A stretch of DNA of 63,400 bases, the filler included, from Octopus bimaculoides (taxonomy: Eukaryota), in assembly GCF_001194135.2 (NCBI RefSeq). It is 5 parts of 4 records of this genome, joined end to end, with 100 filler letters (N's around TTAATTAATTAA, not from the genome) between each part and the next. Parts side by side here need not be neighbours in the genome. Positions count along the whole stretch, not along the records: positions 21,246 to 32,445 come from NC_069000.1; positions 32,546 to 43,676 come from NC_068981.1; 3 more parts are not named here. The stretch is one strand, 5' to 3'. Of the stretch, positions 23,692 through 36,779 are shown in pieces. The position numbers were made by a program, and so were the translations under genes. Numbering within the stretch: the stretch's first letter is position 1; each line of letters starts with the position of its first letter. The notes beneath the pieces were generated by a model. It did no database searches. It was not told the origin of the DNA and worked only from the letters and a program-made list of their open reading frames with translations.

Positions 23692-23924
23692 CAGGGTGAG
23701 TCAAAAGTAGTGCCCAATCCCTATTTTAAGGTTGATATGTAGGACTTCCTAACTGGGAAATACTTTGACTCTTAACTCTTGTTCTATGGGTTTGGGAGAT
23801 CAAAGCGTATTAACATGGTACATGATCGAGACTTAGAAACTTCCAGAACTGTCAGTAATAACCCGGAAGACAACAAACAAAGGCATAATTTCCCAGAAAT
23901 TGGGCATACTTTTGACTCACCCTG
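23692..23924. mobile_element. Tc1/mariner-type MITE, ~233 bp
   Basis: TIRs CAGGGTGAGTCAAAAGTA(G)TGCCCAAT / ATTGGGCATACTTTTGACTCACCCTG; TA follows the right end. Confidence 0.8.
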
Positions 23925-23932
23925 TATGTATG

Positions 23933-23966
<34 letters not shown>

Positions 23967-24555
23967 TGTATGTATGTATGTATGTATGTATATAATATGT
24001 ATGTCATTATTCAGTTTTATCTCAAGATTTCTTGCCAATACAGAAAGAGCTGGTTTCTAACCTAAATCCAAGGCTCCTTCATTGGAATTTCAACATCAAC
24101 AACAGGGTACTTTTGTTTGTATGTAAGTAGGTAGGTAACCACATATGTACATACATACGTACGTCTGTTGGTTAGTTAGTCTCCACCACCACTACCACCA
24201 CCAAAAATAAAAAGTGCACTCTAACAAATATCTTTCAGCAGTAATATTTTATGGAGCCATTGGTTATGGGCAGATTCTGTAGTCATTGCTTATTATACGT
24301 GTGTACTGTGTGTGTTTTAAAATTATTTATATTCACATTATTGATTGTCTATTGCTCTCAGTAGCATTAGTAGCAATAGTTAGCTGTTGCTAGTAAAAAT
24401 ATTGACCTGAAAAGAAAAAGTTCGCTTTGTAAGTATAAACTATATAGATCCTTAGATAAGTCCATGAATAAATAGATAACTGTAAGATATTGATTCTTTG
24501 CAATACAATCCACCCATAACTGGTGGCTACATAAAAATGTTACTGTTCAAATATA

Positions 24556-25945
24556 CACTACTATCCAAAAGTTTAAGATCACCTACAAAAGTTTGTTTCA
24601 AAGTGGAATTTTTAGTTCAATGTCATCAATTTAAATAATTTTTTGGTTGCTGTGTGGCAAGTAGCTTGCTTATGCACCACATGGTTCCGCGTTCAGTCCC
24701 ACTGCATAGCACCTTGGGCAAGTGTCTTCTACTATAGCCTCGGGTCGACCAAAGCCTTGTGAGTGGATTTGGTAGACGGAAACTGAAAGAAGCCCGTCGT
24801 ATATATGTATATATGTATGTATATGTATGTGTGATTGTATCTGTGTCTGTGTTTGTCCCCCCCCCCCCAACATCGCTTGACAACCGATGGTGGTGTGTTT
24901 ACGTCCCCATAACTTAGCAGTTCGGCAAAAGAGACCGATAGAATAAGTACTAGGCTTACAAAGAATAAGTCCCGGGATCGATTTGCTCGACTAAAGGCGG
25001 TGCTCCAGCATGGCCGCAGTCAAATGACTGAAACGAGTAAAATAGTAAAAGAGTAAGAGAATAATATATTGCATAAAGTTTGGAGTTTATTCATTATGGA
25101 ATAACACTATTTATACATATTTTATATACAAATAATCATATTTCTTGACGGCAAACCTATCTCTGAATGTTGTCAAAATTATTTAAGTGTTCACTTTTTG
25201 ACAACATTGCAAAATATTTTGACTGTTTACAGTCGTTATGTATTGTCGGTTGAGAGAACATCACTTAATGACTGCATTAAACGTGTTATAGTTTTTTTCA
25301 GGTTCAGTTATTAAAAATAAGTAATAACCTTAATATGAGCAAAACTAGTAAGTTATCACCTGAAAAGAGACAAAGCTTTGTCCCATTATGAAGTGAAGGC
25401 GATAGTTTTCAAGATATAATGAAAAATGTTAAAGTCTCCTACTCTGCCATCCACTCCACCATTGTAAGGTATAATAGAACTGGAAAAAATAATGATAGAC
25501 CTCAGTTAGATCGTCCAAAGGTGACTTCTAAATCACAGGATAAGTTCATCAGAGTTACCAGTTTTGGAAACAGACATCTGACAGTAAATGAAATCACTGC
25601 ACAAGTAAGAGAAGCCAGCAAAGCTAACATGTCTTCTACAACCCTAAGGAGAAGACTCACTGCTGCTGGTCTAAATGGCCATTGCACTGCCAGAAAAACA
25701 CTGCTTTGACCTGTGAATAAACATAAGCGTCTCACATGGGCTAAAAAACACCAAACCTGGACCATTGATCAATGGAAACAAGTCGTCTGGACTGACGAAT
25801 CAAAATTTAAAATCTTCAGACCTTGGCGTAGAGTTTATGTGAGGTGAAGAATTGGTGAATGGATGACTCCTGAGTGTATAGTTCCAACTGTAAAGCATGG
25901 TGGCGAAAATGTGATGATCTGGGTTTGTTTTGAAGGCAAAAAAGA
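24556..25945 (+). mobile_element. Tc1 DNA transposon, 3'-truncated, with pseudogenised transposase (ATG 25335)
   Basis: The left end is TA|CACTACTATCCAAAAGTTT. The ORF MSKTSKLSPEKRQ..DRPKVTS..TLRRRLTAAGL..ARKTLL..RLTWAKKH..WKQVVWTDESKF..PTVKHGG.NVMIWVCF has in-frame stops and ends after the first catalytic D. Confidence 0.9.
24645..25060 (+). mobile_element. SINE family B (OR1/OR2-like tRNA/CORE-type SINE with internal microsatellite), full length, inserted in the Tc1 5' region
   Basis: Head GCTGTGTGGCAAGTAG..GTTCAGTCCCACTG, body GCACCTTGGGCAAGTGTCTTCTACTATAGCC, internal (TA/TG)n, tail CAGTCAAATGACTGAAAC.AGTAAAA. The OR/CORE label is from recall. Confidence 0.9.
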
Positions 25946-26786
25946 ACAATTCAAACTTTTTGAGAGGTCCAAATAGAGAGAAGAGAATGATATCTAATGA
26001 ACATTCATCATATTCATAAAAAACAGCCAGAGCAAGTAATAAGAATATGAAAATAGCAGTTTAAAAATATCGTTATAGGTATAAAACAATTATAGAAAAA
26101 TAAAGAAAAAAAAAAGATGTTGAATCAAAATTAGATTTAATATAAAATAGGATTCAATACATACACGCATTTCAAAGGACAATACAAATATTAAGAAAAA
26201 AATTATAATCATAGTAATTATAATTAAGCTTATGCATTGTCATTCTCATCAGTGTGAGGAATTTTTGGAAGGACATCAAAAAAGGTTTAATAAAATAAAG
26301 TAAATTAAAATAAGATACAATAAGGGGCAATACAAATGAGGTAATAGGGAAAAATCGGATATTTACAAGCAAGTTGTAAAAGGGAAAAAATAACAGTAAT
26401 AATAATATTAGGAGATTCGAAAGAGAAAAAAAAAGACAGACATATCAATGTGCAGTAAACTATAACATAAAAATAAGAATAAAAATAAATATAAAAATCT
26501 AACGGATATGTTTAAAACAATGGTAACAGGTCGAGACGAAGTATAATCTAAACTGGGTCATGAGGACCGTTAACTGAACACTATTCAATTTTTATTGATT
26601 TTTTGAATAAGGTTTTTATGATTTATTTATTTTCTGGAGGGTGTGAGTTGAATTCTTCTTTATTGAATTATTTAATGGTGTTTTTTTTTCTCTAAATTTT
26701 ATATATATATTTTATATTGGGAAATTTGATTTAGTCTTGCTAAATTGAATTTTTCCCTGTAAGTTTTGGAATTTATTCCCTAATAT

Positions 26787-26830
<44 letters not shown>

Positions 26831-27416
26831 CCACAATCCATCTGTTATTATTTGTATATATATATATGGCAATATATATATATGTACATATGTATATGTG
26901 TGTGTGTATGAGTGTATGTATGTGCATGTATTTATATATATATATGTATATATAAATATTATTTTGTTTATTTCAGATTTGTTCTGTTAATTTCTGCTGT
27001 TGCTCTCATGGTTCCTCTTATCTTCCGTCAAGTAAGTTCTGTAATATTATTCTGGTTTTTTTCACTTTACCATTTTATATTCAGTTATTTCCATAATATG
27101 TGTAATGAGCTGCCATTGTATTGGTAAATTAATCATCATACACCAAGCCAGCCATCAGGGGTTCCATTCCTGTTTGAAATTACATTATTTACCATGTCTT
27201 CTGATCGAATTCCATTGACATTTAGAAAAACCAGTAATGATATATTCTCCATTTTGTAATATTTTTAAGGGGTTCATCAAAAGGAGGAAAGCATCCATGA
27301 CCCTTTGAAAGTATCTTCAAACTTGGTGGATGAGGGGATAAGGAAGGAAGAACAAAACAAAAATTAATAGGTTATTCTCAAACTAGATAATTGTTTAAAA
27401 TATCAGTTTCAAATTT

Positions 27417-27618
27417 TGGCACAAAGTCGGTACTTTTGAGGGAAGGGGTAATTTGATTACATCGACTCAGTTATCAACTGGTATTTATTTTATTGACCAA
27501 AAAAAAGATGGAAAGGTAAAGTTGGCCTCGGTGGAATTTGAACTCAGAGTGTAAAGATGGATGAAATGCTGCTAAACATCTTGCTCAGTGTGCCAACGAT
27601 TCTGGCAGCTCATTGCCT
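27417..27618 (-). mobile_element. SINE family A, diverged
   Basis: GGAATTTGAACTCAGA (B box, antisense) and flanks match 47745-47958. Confidence 0.8.
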
Positions 27619-27818
27619 TTCACCTGTTTCAAATACCTGTTTAAAATATTGACAATTGAAAGGACTTCACTAAAGGTAGTCAAGGTATGCCCTTTGGATT
27701 AGACGCTAAAAGGGCTTCTGCGTTATTGGATATATTTGCACGTAGGGTGAGGGCAAGGTGGTAGTGCTAAACATAGTGACAGATTAAATCTACAACCCCA
27801 GAACAGTTGTTGTTCATC

Positions 27819-27927
27819 TGATAGGCTTCCACACAGTTTCCTTATGTCAAATCATTCACAAGGCTTTGGTTGATCTGAGGCTACGATAAAAACACCTGCC
27901 CAAGGTGTTATGTACTAGGATGGAACT
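27819..27927 (-). mobile_element. SINE family B central fragment, diverged
   Basis: CACAAGGCTTTGGTTGATCTGAGGCTA..CCTGCCCAAGGTG. Confidence 0.6.
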
Positions 27928-27978
27928 TACTTCATTACACTTGCATGAACACAACACACACACACACATTATATTACG

Positions 27979-28150
27979 GTGATGAGCTGGTTAAGGCACT
28001 GGACAAAATGCTTAGCTGCATTTCTTCTGACTCCATAGTCTGAGTTCAAATGTCACTGGGGTCAATTTTGCCTGCCATCCATTTGGGTTAATAGAATAAG
28101 TACAAGTTTTTCATTGGGATATGACTTACCCTCTACCACAAAATTGCTGG
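27979..28150 (+). mobile_element. SINE family A, diverged
   Basis: GAGCTGG..AAATGCTTAGC..CTGAGTTCAAAT..TTTGCC..CATCC..AATAAGTAC. Confidence 0.7.
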
Positions 28151-28965
28151 GAGAGAGTGTGTGTATGTATATATATATATATAATTTATAATATATTATT
28201 ATTAATATCAGGAAATCAATATTAGAAAATTCATCGGAAAGATATATACATGTGTAGAGTAATTGTTGTATTAAAACTATATGTAAATATGTATAAGTAT
28301 AAATATATAATATAATAATAATAATAAATACATAAATACTTGAATAGTATTAATACTTTGATACAATAGAGCANNNNNNNNNNACACACACTAAGATTGT
28401 TGGGGTGAAATTTCCAAGTGTTCCACCCTCTCCCGTGGAAAGTATAGTATTATATATATGCTTTGAGATGTGGAGAGTCTAAAAATGAAAATAGTTTTTC
28501 CCCTACAATGCGTTGTTTTGAAGTAGTTAGTAAGACATGAGAAAGGTACATACAAACATTTTGAAAATATATACAGGAATCCTGTGATGAGTGCACAAAA
28601 TATTTTTGAGACTGCCCCTTAATATAAGCAGTGTCAAATTTGATTGGCTTCTTTCGATAAATGGGTTTTTTTTATTATTCTTGTGAAAACCCTTTGAAGC
28701 ATTGGCGGGACCTCATCTTCAGTTCCACATCAATCCTATTGCTTAACTAGTATATGCAAAATAAATTGACAAAACTCCTTGAAATTCTACTAAAAGTCAT
28801 GTAGTTGTCTGAATGTCTTTCTTTTTTCATGAGTTTATTGAAAAGATGTGGATTCCCTTTGTTTTACAAAAATTATTATCAAATAAAAAAGCTTTTCACC
28901 TAGTAATGACTGCTCAAAAACTTTGAAATGGAAATACTCCCACTTCTAATATTGTAGCCATATTA

Positions 28966-29170
28966 AGGTGGAAAGCTGGCAGAATCATTAGCAAGTCAGA
29001 CAAGATGCTTTGCAGTATTTTGCCTGCACTTGCACTCTGAATTCAAATTCCACTGGGGTTGGCATTGCCTTTCATCCATTCAGGGTCGATAAATTAAGTA
29101 CCAGTGGAACACTGGGGTCAATGTAATCAATAGAGACCTATTCCCCAAAAATTTCAGCTGTTGTGGCTGC
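28966..29170 (+). mobile_element. SINE family A, diverged
   Basis: AGCTGGCAGAATCATTAGCA..CTGAATTCAAATTCC..GCCTTTCATCC..GGGTCGATAAATTAAGTACCAG. Confidence 0.8.
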
Positions 29171-29569
29171 ATTAGAAAGGTATCTCGTAGCCATTTTGAA
29201 CCATGCCTATTTTTAAAGAACATTTTATATGGAAAAAAAAAGAAATCAGGAAATAATTTTCTAAAAACAATGTTTTTTTCAGTGGAGTCAACACAGCAAA
29301 GTTGATTTTTAAAAAATGCATCAGTCAGGTCATTCTAATTTTATTTTTGCATTTTATAATTATAACTTTTTTCTAAGATAAAAAAACAGCAGTCCACAAA
29401 TTTTGGGGGCTTTTTACTACTTTCTTTATTTCTTTTATAGTATCTTATGTCTCACTTTAATAAAAATAAAATATACAAATTAAAATAAATTTTGATCAAT
29501 TTTTTTTTAATTAACAAAAAATAGGTGCGTTTTTAAGGATTTTTATTTATTTGTGTCATATTTAATTTT

Positions 29570-30380
29570 TTAAGTATGGCTGGCCATAAGTGAAAAATAT
29601 TTATTAGCACACAGATATAATTGAAGAATCCTACTAATGCTACCTAACATCCTCAATGTTGACAAAACTAGCCTATTCTCAAAAAAAATGTCAACAAGAA
29701 CTTTTCTGGCAAGAAAAGGGGCAATGACCAGGTTATAAAACACCCAAAGATTAACACTTCTACTCAAAGGTAATACCAAAGTTGAATGCACATTAAAACT
29801 GATGCTAATTTATTGTACAATGAATCCACAAGCATTAAAAGGTAGTAACAAGCAACCCCTTTCAGTAATTTGGAAACCAAATAAAAGGGCTGAGGGGACA
29901 AAGCAGTTGTTTAAAGAATGGCTCAATATGCATTTTTGTTCCACATTTGAAAAATATTGCAAAGAAAATAGTAATAATAATTTAGACTTCAAAGTTCTTT
30001 TGATTTTAGATAATGCCCCTGGGCATTCCACATCACTTAATAATTTAAATAGCAATATGAAGGTTATATTTCTACCACCAAATACAACTTCTTTACTACA
30101 GCCAATGGACCTAAGAGTGATTTCTACATTCAAAGCGTATTATGGGCAAAGAACTTTTGCCCAGGTAATTCAAGTTATAACTGGAGTTAATCCAATCACC
30201 CTTGAAAAATTTTGGGAAAAAAATTGATATTAACAAGCAATTGAAAACATTCACAAGTCTTGGAAGAAGTAACAGACACTGCATGAGGGCAGCCTGGCAG
30301 AATCTTTTGCCTGAATGCACTAACGATTTTTTCGGTTTCAATAATCCCAACAACAAAGCTATTGATGAAATCTTACTATA
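29570..30380 (+). mobile_element. Tigger/pogo (DDE_1) transposase fragment, pseudogenised
   Basis: NVDKTSLF.KKM.TRTF, RLTLLL.GN, LFKEWLNMHF, KVLLILDNAPGH, VIFLPPNTTSLLQPMD.RVISTFKAYY. Confidence 0.9.
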
Positions 30381-31475
30381 ATGGACGTTATGTCTGTCTC
30401 TCTGTTCGTCTGTCCATCTCTTTATTCCCTTTTCATGGCTAGACAACTGGACCAATGGTTACAATATTTTGGAGGATTACAAAGACGGTCATAGGGTAGG
30501 TTTTTAGCATTAAAAAATCAGGAAGTATGATTATTTCATGAATATCGATTTTTGAATTGATAAACCACCTTTGCGTTTTTATTAAAAATTCGTCGACCAC
30601 AAGTAACTGGATTTTCAGCGAATAATTCGTGGCCCCATCATAGGTATGAAAGGGGTCACAAGGACAGTTAATAGTGAAAATAAAATGGAAAAAGTGTATC
30701 AGTATATAGTGTGTGTGATTATTTAGTGGTCATTGAAGTGTCAGTCTCGAGCAGGATTCGAAACGGTTAATCAAAGCGGCTGTTGTTTACATCTCAGTTT
30801 TGTCAATCAAAATAACCCATAGTACCAAAACATCCAGACATTATTCGCATAGAACAGTGTGGGGGGAAGGTTGAGTCTCAGTTTGATTTTTTGCAACCCT
30901 AAAGATTCCACTCGCGCATTCTCAGCAAACAAGGCACAGGACCAGATTTTAGGTTGTGTAAGTGTATTTTTACACACTCTAATGTTTAAACACAGCCAGT
31001 TATGCGTCGCTATGAATAGAGCAATGGACTCTAGTAATTTGAAAATTAGTGTCGACCAAACAGAAAATATCTACAAAGAAGTTTTGTAATCATATTGGCA
31101 TTATCGAAAGGAATATGATTCATAATTTAAATAAGGAAATTTGTGACCTTTGAATGTATATGAGTATAAACAAGTGTAAAATAGTGTAAACAACTAAAAT
31201 AAAAGTATATCTAAAGAACTTTTTTTTCTTAATACTTTTTATGTAGTGGTTGAAGGAAGCTCTGGCTTTCATTGGGAGTGGTCCACATGACCATTCCTAA
31301 TACAGAAGCTGGGAGCCTATTTTAGTTCGGGAGTGAATCGTCATTACAAGGCTAAAGTCGCAAACACATGTCATATAGCTGCTATAGAATGCTGTATCAC
31401 CAACAATAATGTGATTTCTGTAAGACATCACCCAGTAATCTATCAAGTCCATTTACACATTTCTCAATACATAGT

Positions 31476-31698
31476 GCTGTTTCTCTCACTCTTAATTCTT
31501 GTTTCTGTTGTGCCTGTAATTCAAAGGGCCAGCCTTGTCACACTGTGTCACGCTGAATCTCCCCGATAACTACGTTAAGGGTACAAGTATTGTGGAGTGC
31601 TCAGCCACTTGCACGTTAATTTCACGAGCAGGCTGTTCCGTTGATCAGATCGACTGGAACCCTCGACGTTGTAACCGACGGAGTGCCAACAACAACAA
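31476..31698 (+). mobile_element. SINE family C 3' part with (CAA)n tail
   Basis: TTCAAAGGGCCAGCCTTGTCACAC..GCTGAATCTCCCCG..GTAACCGACGGAGTGCCAACAACAAC; same sequence at 53639-53888 and 39971-40097. Confidence 0.85.
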
Positions 31699-32445
31699 TT
31701 AACTGCACTAATCAAAGAATTCCTCTAATAGATATACAACAAGCTTCTTTTCAGTTTCTGTTGTATTTGTTGTCACAGATATGAACTCCATTAATGTAGA
31801 TTTGCGTTCAGCTTAACTTAATTTATTCTTGCATCTTTTTCCTACAACTTACTAAGTAATTTGCACATGACTGCAATTAGCATGTCTGATTGTGCTTATA
31901 AATACTACCATATATTTTCCATCTAATAACTGAAACAAATAAAAGATATTAATTAAAATATATACTCTTCATTACCGAATAATCATCGTAGGAAACCAGC
32001 AATAAAACAAACTTGCAAATTGACTAAAAACATGTTGACAGCTGGATAAAGGGCAAACAGTAAAAAACCTGCATCACTTACCTTTTCTCTCTCTTGTCCT
32101 TTGTTTTGTGTATCTCTTTGATGTCCTCTTCTCAAAGAGAATAATACAACTCTCTTATAATGATTGAAAACGAGCTGAAAAAAAAACTGCTTCTCTTCGC
32201 CTTTCTCTTTCGTTCTGATCCCCCCCCCTCTCAAAAATAACAGGGAAGCAATTAATTCACTGCTTTGCCTTCTTTTTCTCGATCAGCAAACTGGGGCTCT
32301 CTCTACTGAAATAATATCGATTGATTACAATTCATTCTAAGAAATAAGGAAATGGGAAGAACAAAAAATATTTACCCATAATTTAATTTTATATTACACA
32401 AAAATTATGGCGCACATGGTGGCGGCGTAACCCACCCCTCCCACT

Positions 32446-32545
32446 NNNNNNNNNNNNNNNNNNNNNNNNNNNNNNNNNNNNNNNNNNNNTTAATTAATTA
32501 ANNNNNNNNNNNNNNNNNNNNNNNNNNNNNNNNNNNNNNNNNNNN
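32446..32545. other. Assembly scaffold join (TTAATTAATTAA at 32490-32501)
   Basis: 44 N + 12-mer + 44 N. Confidence 0.9.
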
Positions 32546-32957
32546 TCTCTTTTACTTGTTTCAGTCATTTGACTGTGGCCATACTGGAGCACCGCCTTTA
32601 GTCGAGCAAATCGACCCCAGGACTTATTCTTTCTAAGCCTAGTACTTATTCTATCGGTATCTTTTGCCGAACTGCTAAGTTACGGGGACGTAAACACACC
32701 ACCATCGGTTGTCAAGCGATTTTGGGGGTGGGTACAAACACAGACACACAAACATATACACACACATACATATATATATATATATACATATATACGACGG
32801 GCATCTTTCACTTTCCGTCCACCAAATCCACTCACAAGGCTTTGGTCGGCCCGAGGCTATAGTAGAAGACATTTGCCCAAGGTGCCAGCAGTGGGACTGA
32901 ACCCGGAACCATGTGGTTCGAGAGCAAGCTACTTACCACACAGCCACTCCTACGCCT
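32546..32957 (-). mobile_element. SINE family B, full length
   Basis: Reverse complement of 24645-25060. Confidence 0.9.
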
Positions 32958-32999
32958 ATATATAAAAATAAATATATATATAAGATCTTAGATACTCTA

Positions 33000-33245
33000 T
33001 TACAATGGACATCAAGACTTCACCAAACATCTCGATTGGTCAATTTCCTCCTACCTCCTACCACTATCATATTGCGCCACGTCTCTCTTGGTCTTCTGTT
33101 CGCGCTTTTACCTCCTTCCGGCGTCCACTTCATCACGGTGGAATCATATCTCATCTGTGATAACCGAAGCAGATTGCCAGTTAACCGTATCCACCGCCTA
33201 ATCACCACGTCCAGCAAACTTTCCATACCCGCTCTTCTCATCAGC
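33000..33245 (-). mobile_element. RTE-type LINE C-terminal fragment (different subfamily)
   Basis: RRWIRLTGNLLRL..STVMKWTPEGGK..RRPRETWR resembles RWxGHxLR..WTPEG.R..GRP..TW. Confidence 0.65.
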
Positions 33246-33349
33246 GCTCATATATATACATACATGTGTGCGTTGTGTATGTGTTGTGTGTGTGTATGTG
33301 TGTTTTGTGTGTGTGTGTGTGTATGTGTGTGTGTGTATGTGTGTGTGTG

Positions 33350-33389
<40 letters not shown>

Positions 33390-33509
33390 ACATACATTAT
33401 TCCCGTCTGTTAATTTTTACTCAGACATAAATCATTGCCGCGGCTACACGTTGAGTCGTTGTGCATTCTTAATGATTAAATCTCTCGCTAAGATGAACTA
33501 AAATTGTCT

Positions 33510-33780
33510 TGCTCATGTACATACATATATACATACATACACACACACATACATACATGCATACATACATACATGCATACATACATACATACATACATAC
33601 ATACATACATGCATACATACATGCATACATACATACATGCATACATACATACATACATACATACATACATACATACATACATACATGCATACATACATAC
33701 ATACATACATACGTATACATGTGTATAGATATAGCGTACATACTTATATACATGCATGCAAATGTGTGTGTGTGTGATCA
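33510..33780. repeat. (CATA)n/(CATG) compound microsatellite
   Basis: Direct repetition. Confidence 0.95.
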
Positions 33781-35316
33781 CGAGTAAGTATATATAAAGT
33801 TTAATTTTGTCAATATCCTATGCGAGTGGAACGAACATAAATAACCAAGGGAATTGATAGAATTTAGAGAATGACAAATAAGACGGACGCACTGGAGTAG
33901 AGGACAGTAAAGAAAAAAAAATAAGAAGAAAAGAAAGATGCGAGAGTGAGTGACACAATTGGTGAAGCAAGAAGAAAGAGGGAGAGAGAGAGAGAGAGAG
34001 AGAGAGNNNNNNNNNNNNNNNNNNNNNNNNNNNNNNNNNNNNNNNNNNNNNNNNNNNNNNNNNNNNNNNNNNNNNNNNNNNNNNNNNNNNNNNNNNNNNN
34101 NNNNNNNNNNNNNNNNNNNNNNNNNNNNNNNNNNNNNNNNNNNNNNNNNNNNNNNNNNNNNNNNNNNNNNNNNNNNNNNNNNNNNNNNNNNNNNNNNNNN
34201 NNNNNNNNNNNNNNNNNNNNNNNNNNNNNNNNNNNNNNNNNNNNNNNNNNNNNNNNNNNNNNNNNNNNNNNNNNNNNNNNNNNNNNNNNNNNNNNNNNNN
34301 NNNNNNNNNNNNNNNNNNNNNNNNNNNNNNNNNNNNNNNNNNNNNNNNNNNNNNNNNNNNNNNNNNNNNNNNNNNNNNNNNNNNNNNNNNNNNNNNNNNN
34401 NNNNNNNNNNNNNNNNNNNNNNNNNNNNNNNNNNNNNNNNNNNNNNNNNNNNNNNNNNNNNNNNNNNNNNNNNNNNNNNNNNNNNNNNNNNNNNNNNNNN
34501 NNNNNNNNNNNNNNNNNNNNNNNNNNNNNNNNNNNNNNNNNNNNNNNNNNNNNNNNNNNNNNNNNNNNNNNNNNNNNNNNNNNNNNNNNNNNNNNNNNNN
34601 NNNNNNNNNNNNNNNNNNNNNNNNNNNNNNNNNNNNNNNNNNNNNNNNNNNNNNNNNNNNNNNNNNNNNNNNNNNNNNNNNNNNNNNNNNNNNNNNNNNN
34701 NNNNNNNNNNNNNNNNNNNNNNNNNNNNNNNNNNNNNNNNNNNNNNNNNNNNNNNNNNNNNNNNNNNNNNNNNNNNNNNNNNNNNNNNNNNNNNNNNNNN
34801 NNNNNNNNNNNNNNNNNNNNNNNNNNNNNNNNNNNNNNNNNNNNNNNNNNNNNNNNNNNNNNNNNNNNNNNNNNNNNNNNNNNNNNNNNNNNNNNNNNNN
34901 NNNNNNNNNNNNNNNNNNNNNNNNNNNNNNNNNNNNNNNNNNNNNNNNNNNNNNNNNNNNNNNNNNNNNATATATATCCATACGTACATACATACATACA
35001 CACACATATACAAATCTAGACAGTCTTACAAAATATACGAATTCCTGCAAAATCTGAAAATGTGATATTCATTCGTGGCGAATATTTCGATTATTGTGCG
35101 AAAATATAAAAGCGAGATGCAGCCGGATAAGCGTGAACAGCTGGAAACTGATATCTTCAAATACAGGAAATGGTCTGTGTGAGTGTATGTGTGTATGTGC
35201 AGGTGTGTGTACGCATGTGTGTTTATTTGTGTATATGTAGGTATGTATGTGTGTATGTATGCATATATGTACGTATGTGTGTGTCTGTATGTGTGTGTGT
35301 GTGTGTGTATGTGTGT

Positions 35317-35439
35317 GCGTGTATGTATACATATATATAATATATTTGTGTGTATATATAGGTTGTATGTGCATGTATGTATGCATTTGTGTATGTATAT
35401 ATATATGTTTATATATATATAGACACACATATTTGCACT

Positions 35440-35471
<32 letters not shown>

Positions 35472-35650
35472 TGTATGCATATATGTATGTATGTGTGTGT
35501 GTGTGTGTATGTGTGGGCGTGTGCGTGTATGTATACGTATATATAATATATTTGTGTGTATATATAGGTTGTATGTGCATGTATGTATGCGTTTGTGTAT
35601 GTATATATATATGTTTATATATATATAGACACACATATTTGCACTTATAT
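35317..35650 (+). repeat. ~206-bp tandem duplication of an interrupted microsatellite block
   Basis: TATATATAATATATTTGTGTGTATATATAGGTTGTATGTGC...AGACACACATATTTGCACTTATAT is repeated, starting near 35317 and 35523. Confidence 0.8.
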
Positions 35651-35719
35651 ACATACACATATACATAAATATATTCATATGTGCATATGTGTACATATAT
35701 ATAAGAATATGTAAGTATA

Positions 35720-35809
<90 letters not shown>

Positions 35810-36779
35810 TATATGTGTGTGTATGTATGTGCGTGGGTGCGTATATGTGCGCTCGCGCGTGTCTGTATGTGTGTGTGTGTGTGGAGTTGTATATTCTACT
35901 TATGCTGGTTGAGAACTACTCATTCACCAAAGATTGAACATTTTCTTTGAATATGTTTCTTTTATTTATATTATCTGATAGCAGTTTGTTTTCAAATCTA
36001 TTAATATACACCCAGAAACAATGATTGAAATCGCATTATGTATAGAAATAACCTAAAATTTGTATGTTATTTCTGAGTATTACTTATGATCAGAGTAGTA
36101 GGGTGTGTATCGTCGCGAGGCCTATTGAGTCAAAATCAAGTGTTCATAGTTGCCATTTGTGGCTGAACCAAAAATTAGGTTGTTCCTTTTCTCTTAACAT
36201 GATAGTTTAATTGTTATTTTATTTCTTAATTTCTTAATTTCTTAAAATTATCTTTTTTTGTTAAATTTAGAATTGCTATCAACCATCGTTATATTTTTTG
36301 TTTAGCCCTTTACCTGTTCAAAGCATCTTCCTAAATTTGTGCTAAACGTCCATGCTTGTTTTTAGATTTTTAGTTAGCCCTTGTTTCGTATTTTCTAAGC
36401 ACAACAATGTTTTTTTTTTAACGGTGTAGGTATAAAGTCTCCTTTGGTTTTCTGACAGAATCTTGCATACCATTGTATAACATATGTTGTGTGTTCATTT
36501 GTGAATATAGTACAAGTAACAAGCTTTAAAAATAACATTGAGACTATTCCTCCGTTAAATAGTACAATGGACAAAATAAACACATCACGAATTCTGGTGG
36601 TTGTATTGTTCATCCATCGTCTGGATAATTCATCTCTGGCTGTCGTTGGTCACATGTGCCCTGTTATATTAATTCTATTCTGGTGAATGACGGCAGGAAA
36701 ATAACATGACTCGCCTTCATGAAAATCGCTAACCCCTCTGCTCAGAGATGATTTGTTAGACCTATAAATAGACAGAGGG

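Noticed and set aside
28586-28610. TGATGAG followed by AAAA as a second hammerhead
   Set aside because: It lacks C3, a pairable stem II and GAAA.
36395-36613. 72-aa minus-strand ORF with a hydrophobic stretch and a possible donor
   Set aside because: No homology recognised, and hydrophobic ORFs arise readily from T-rich DNA.
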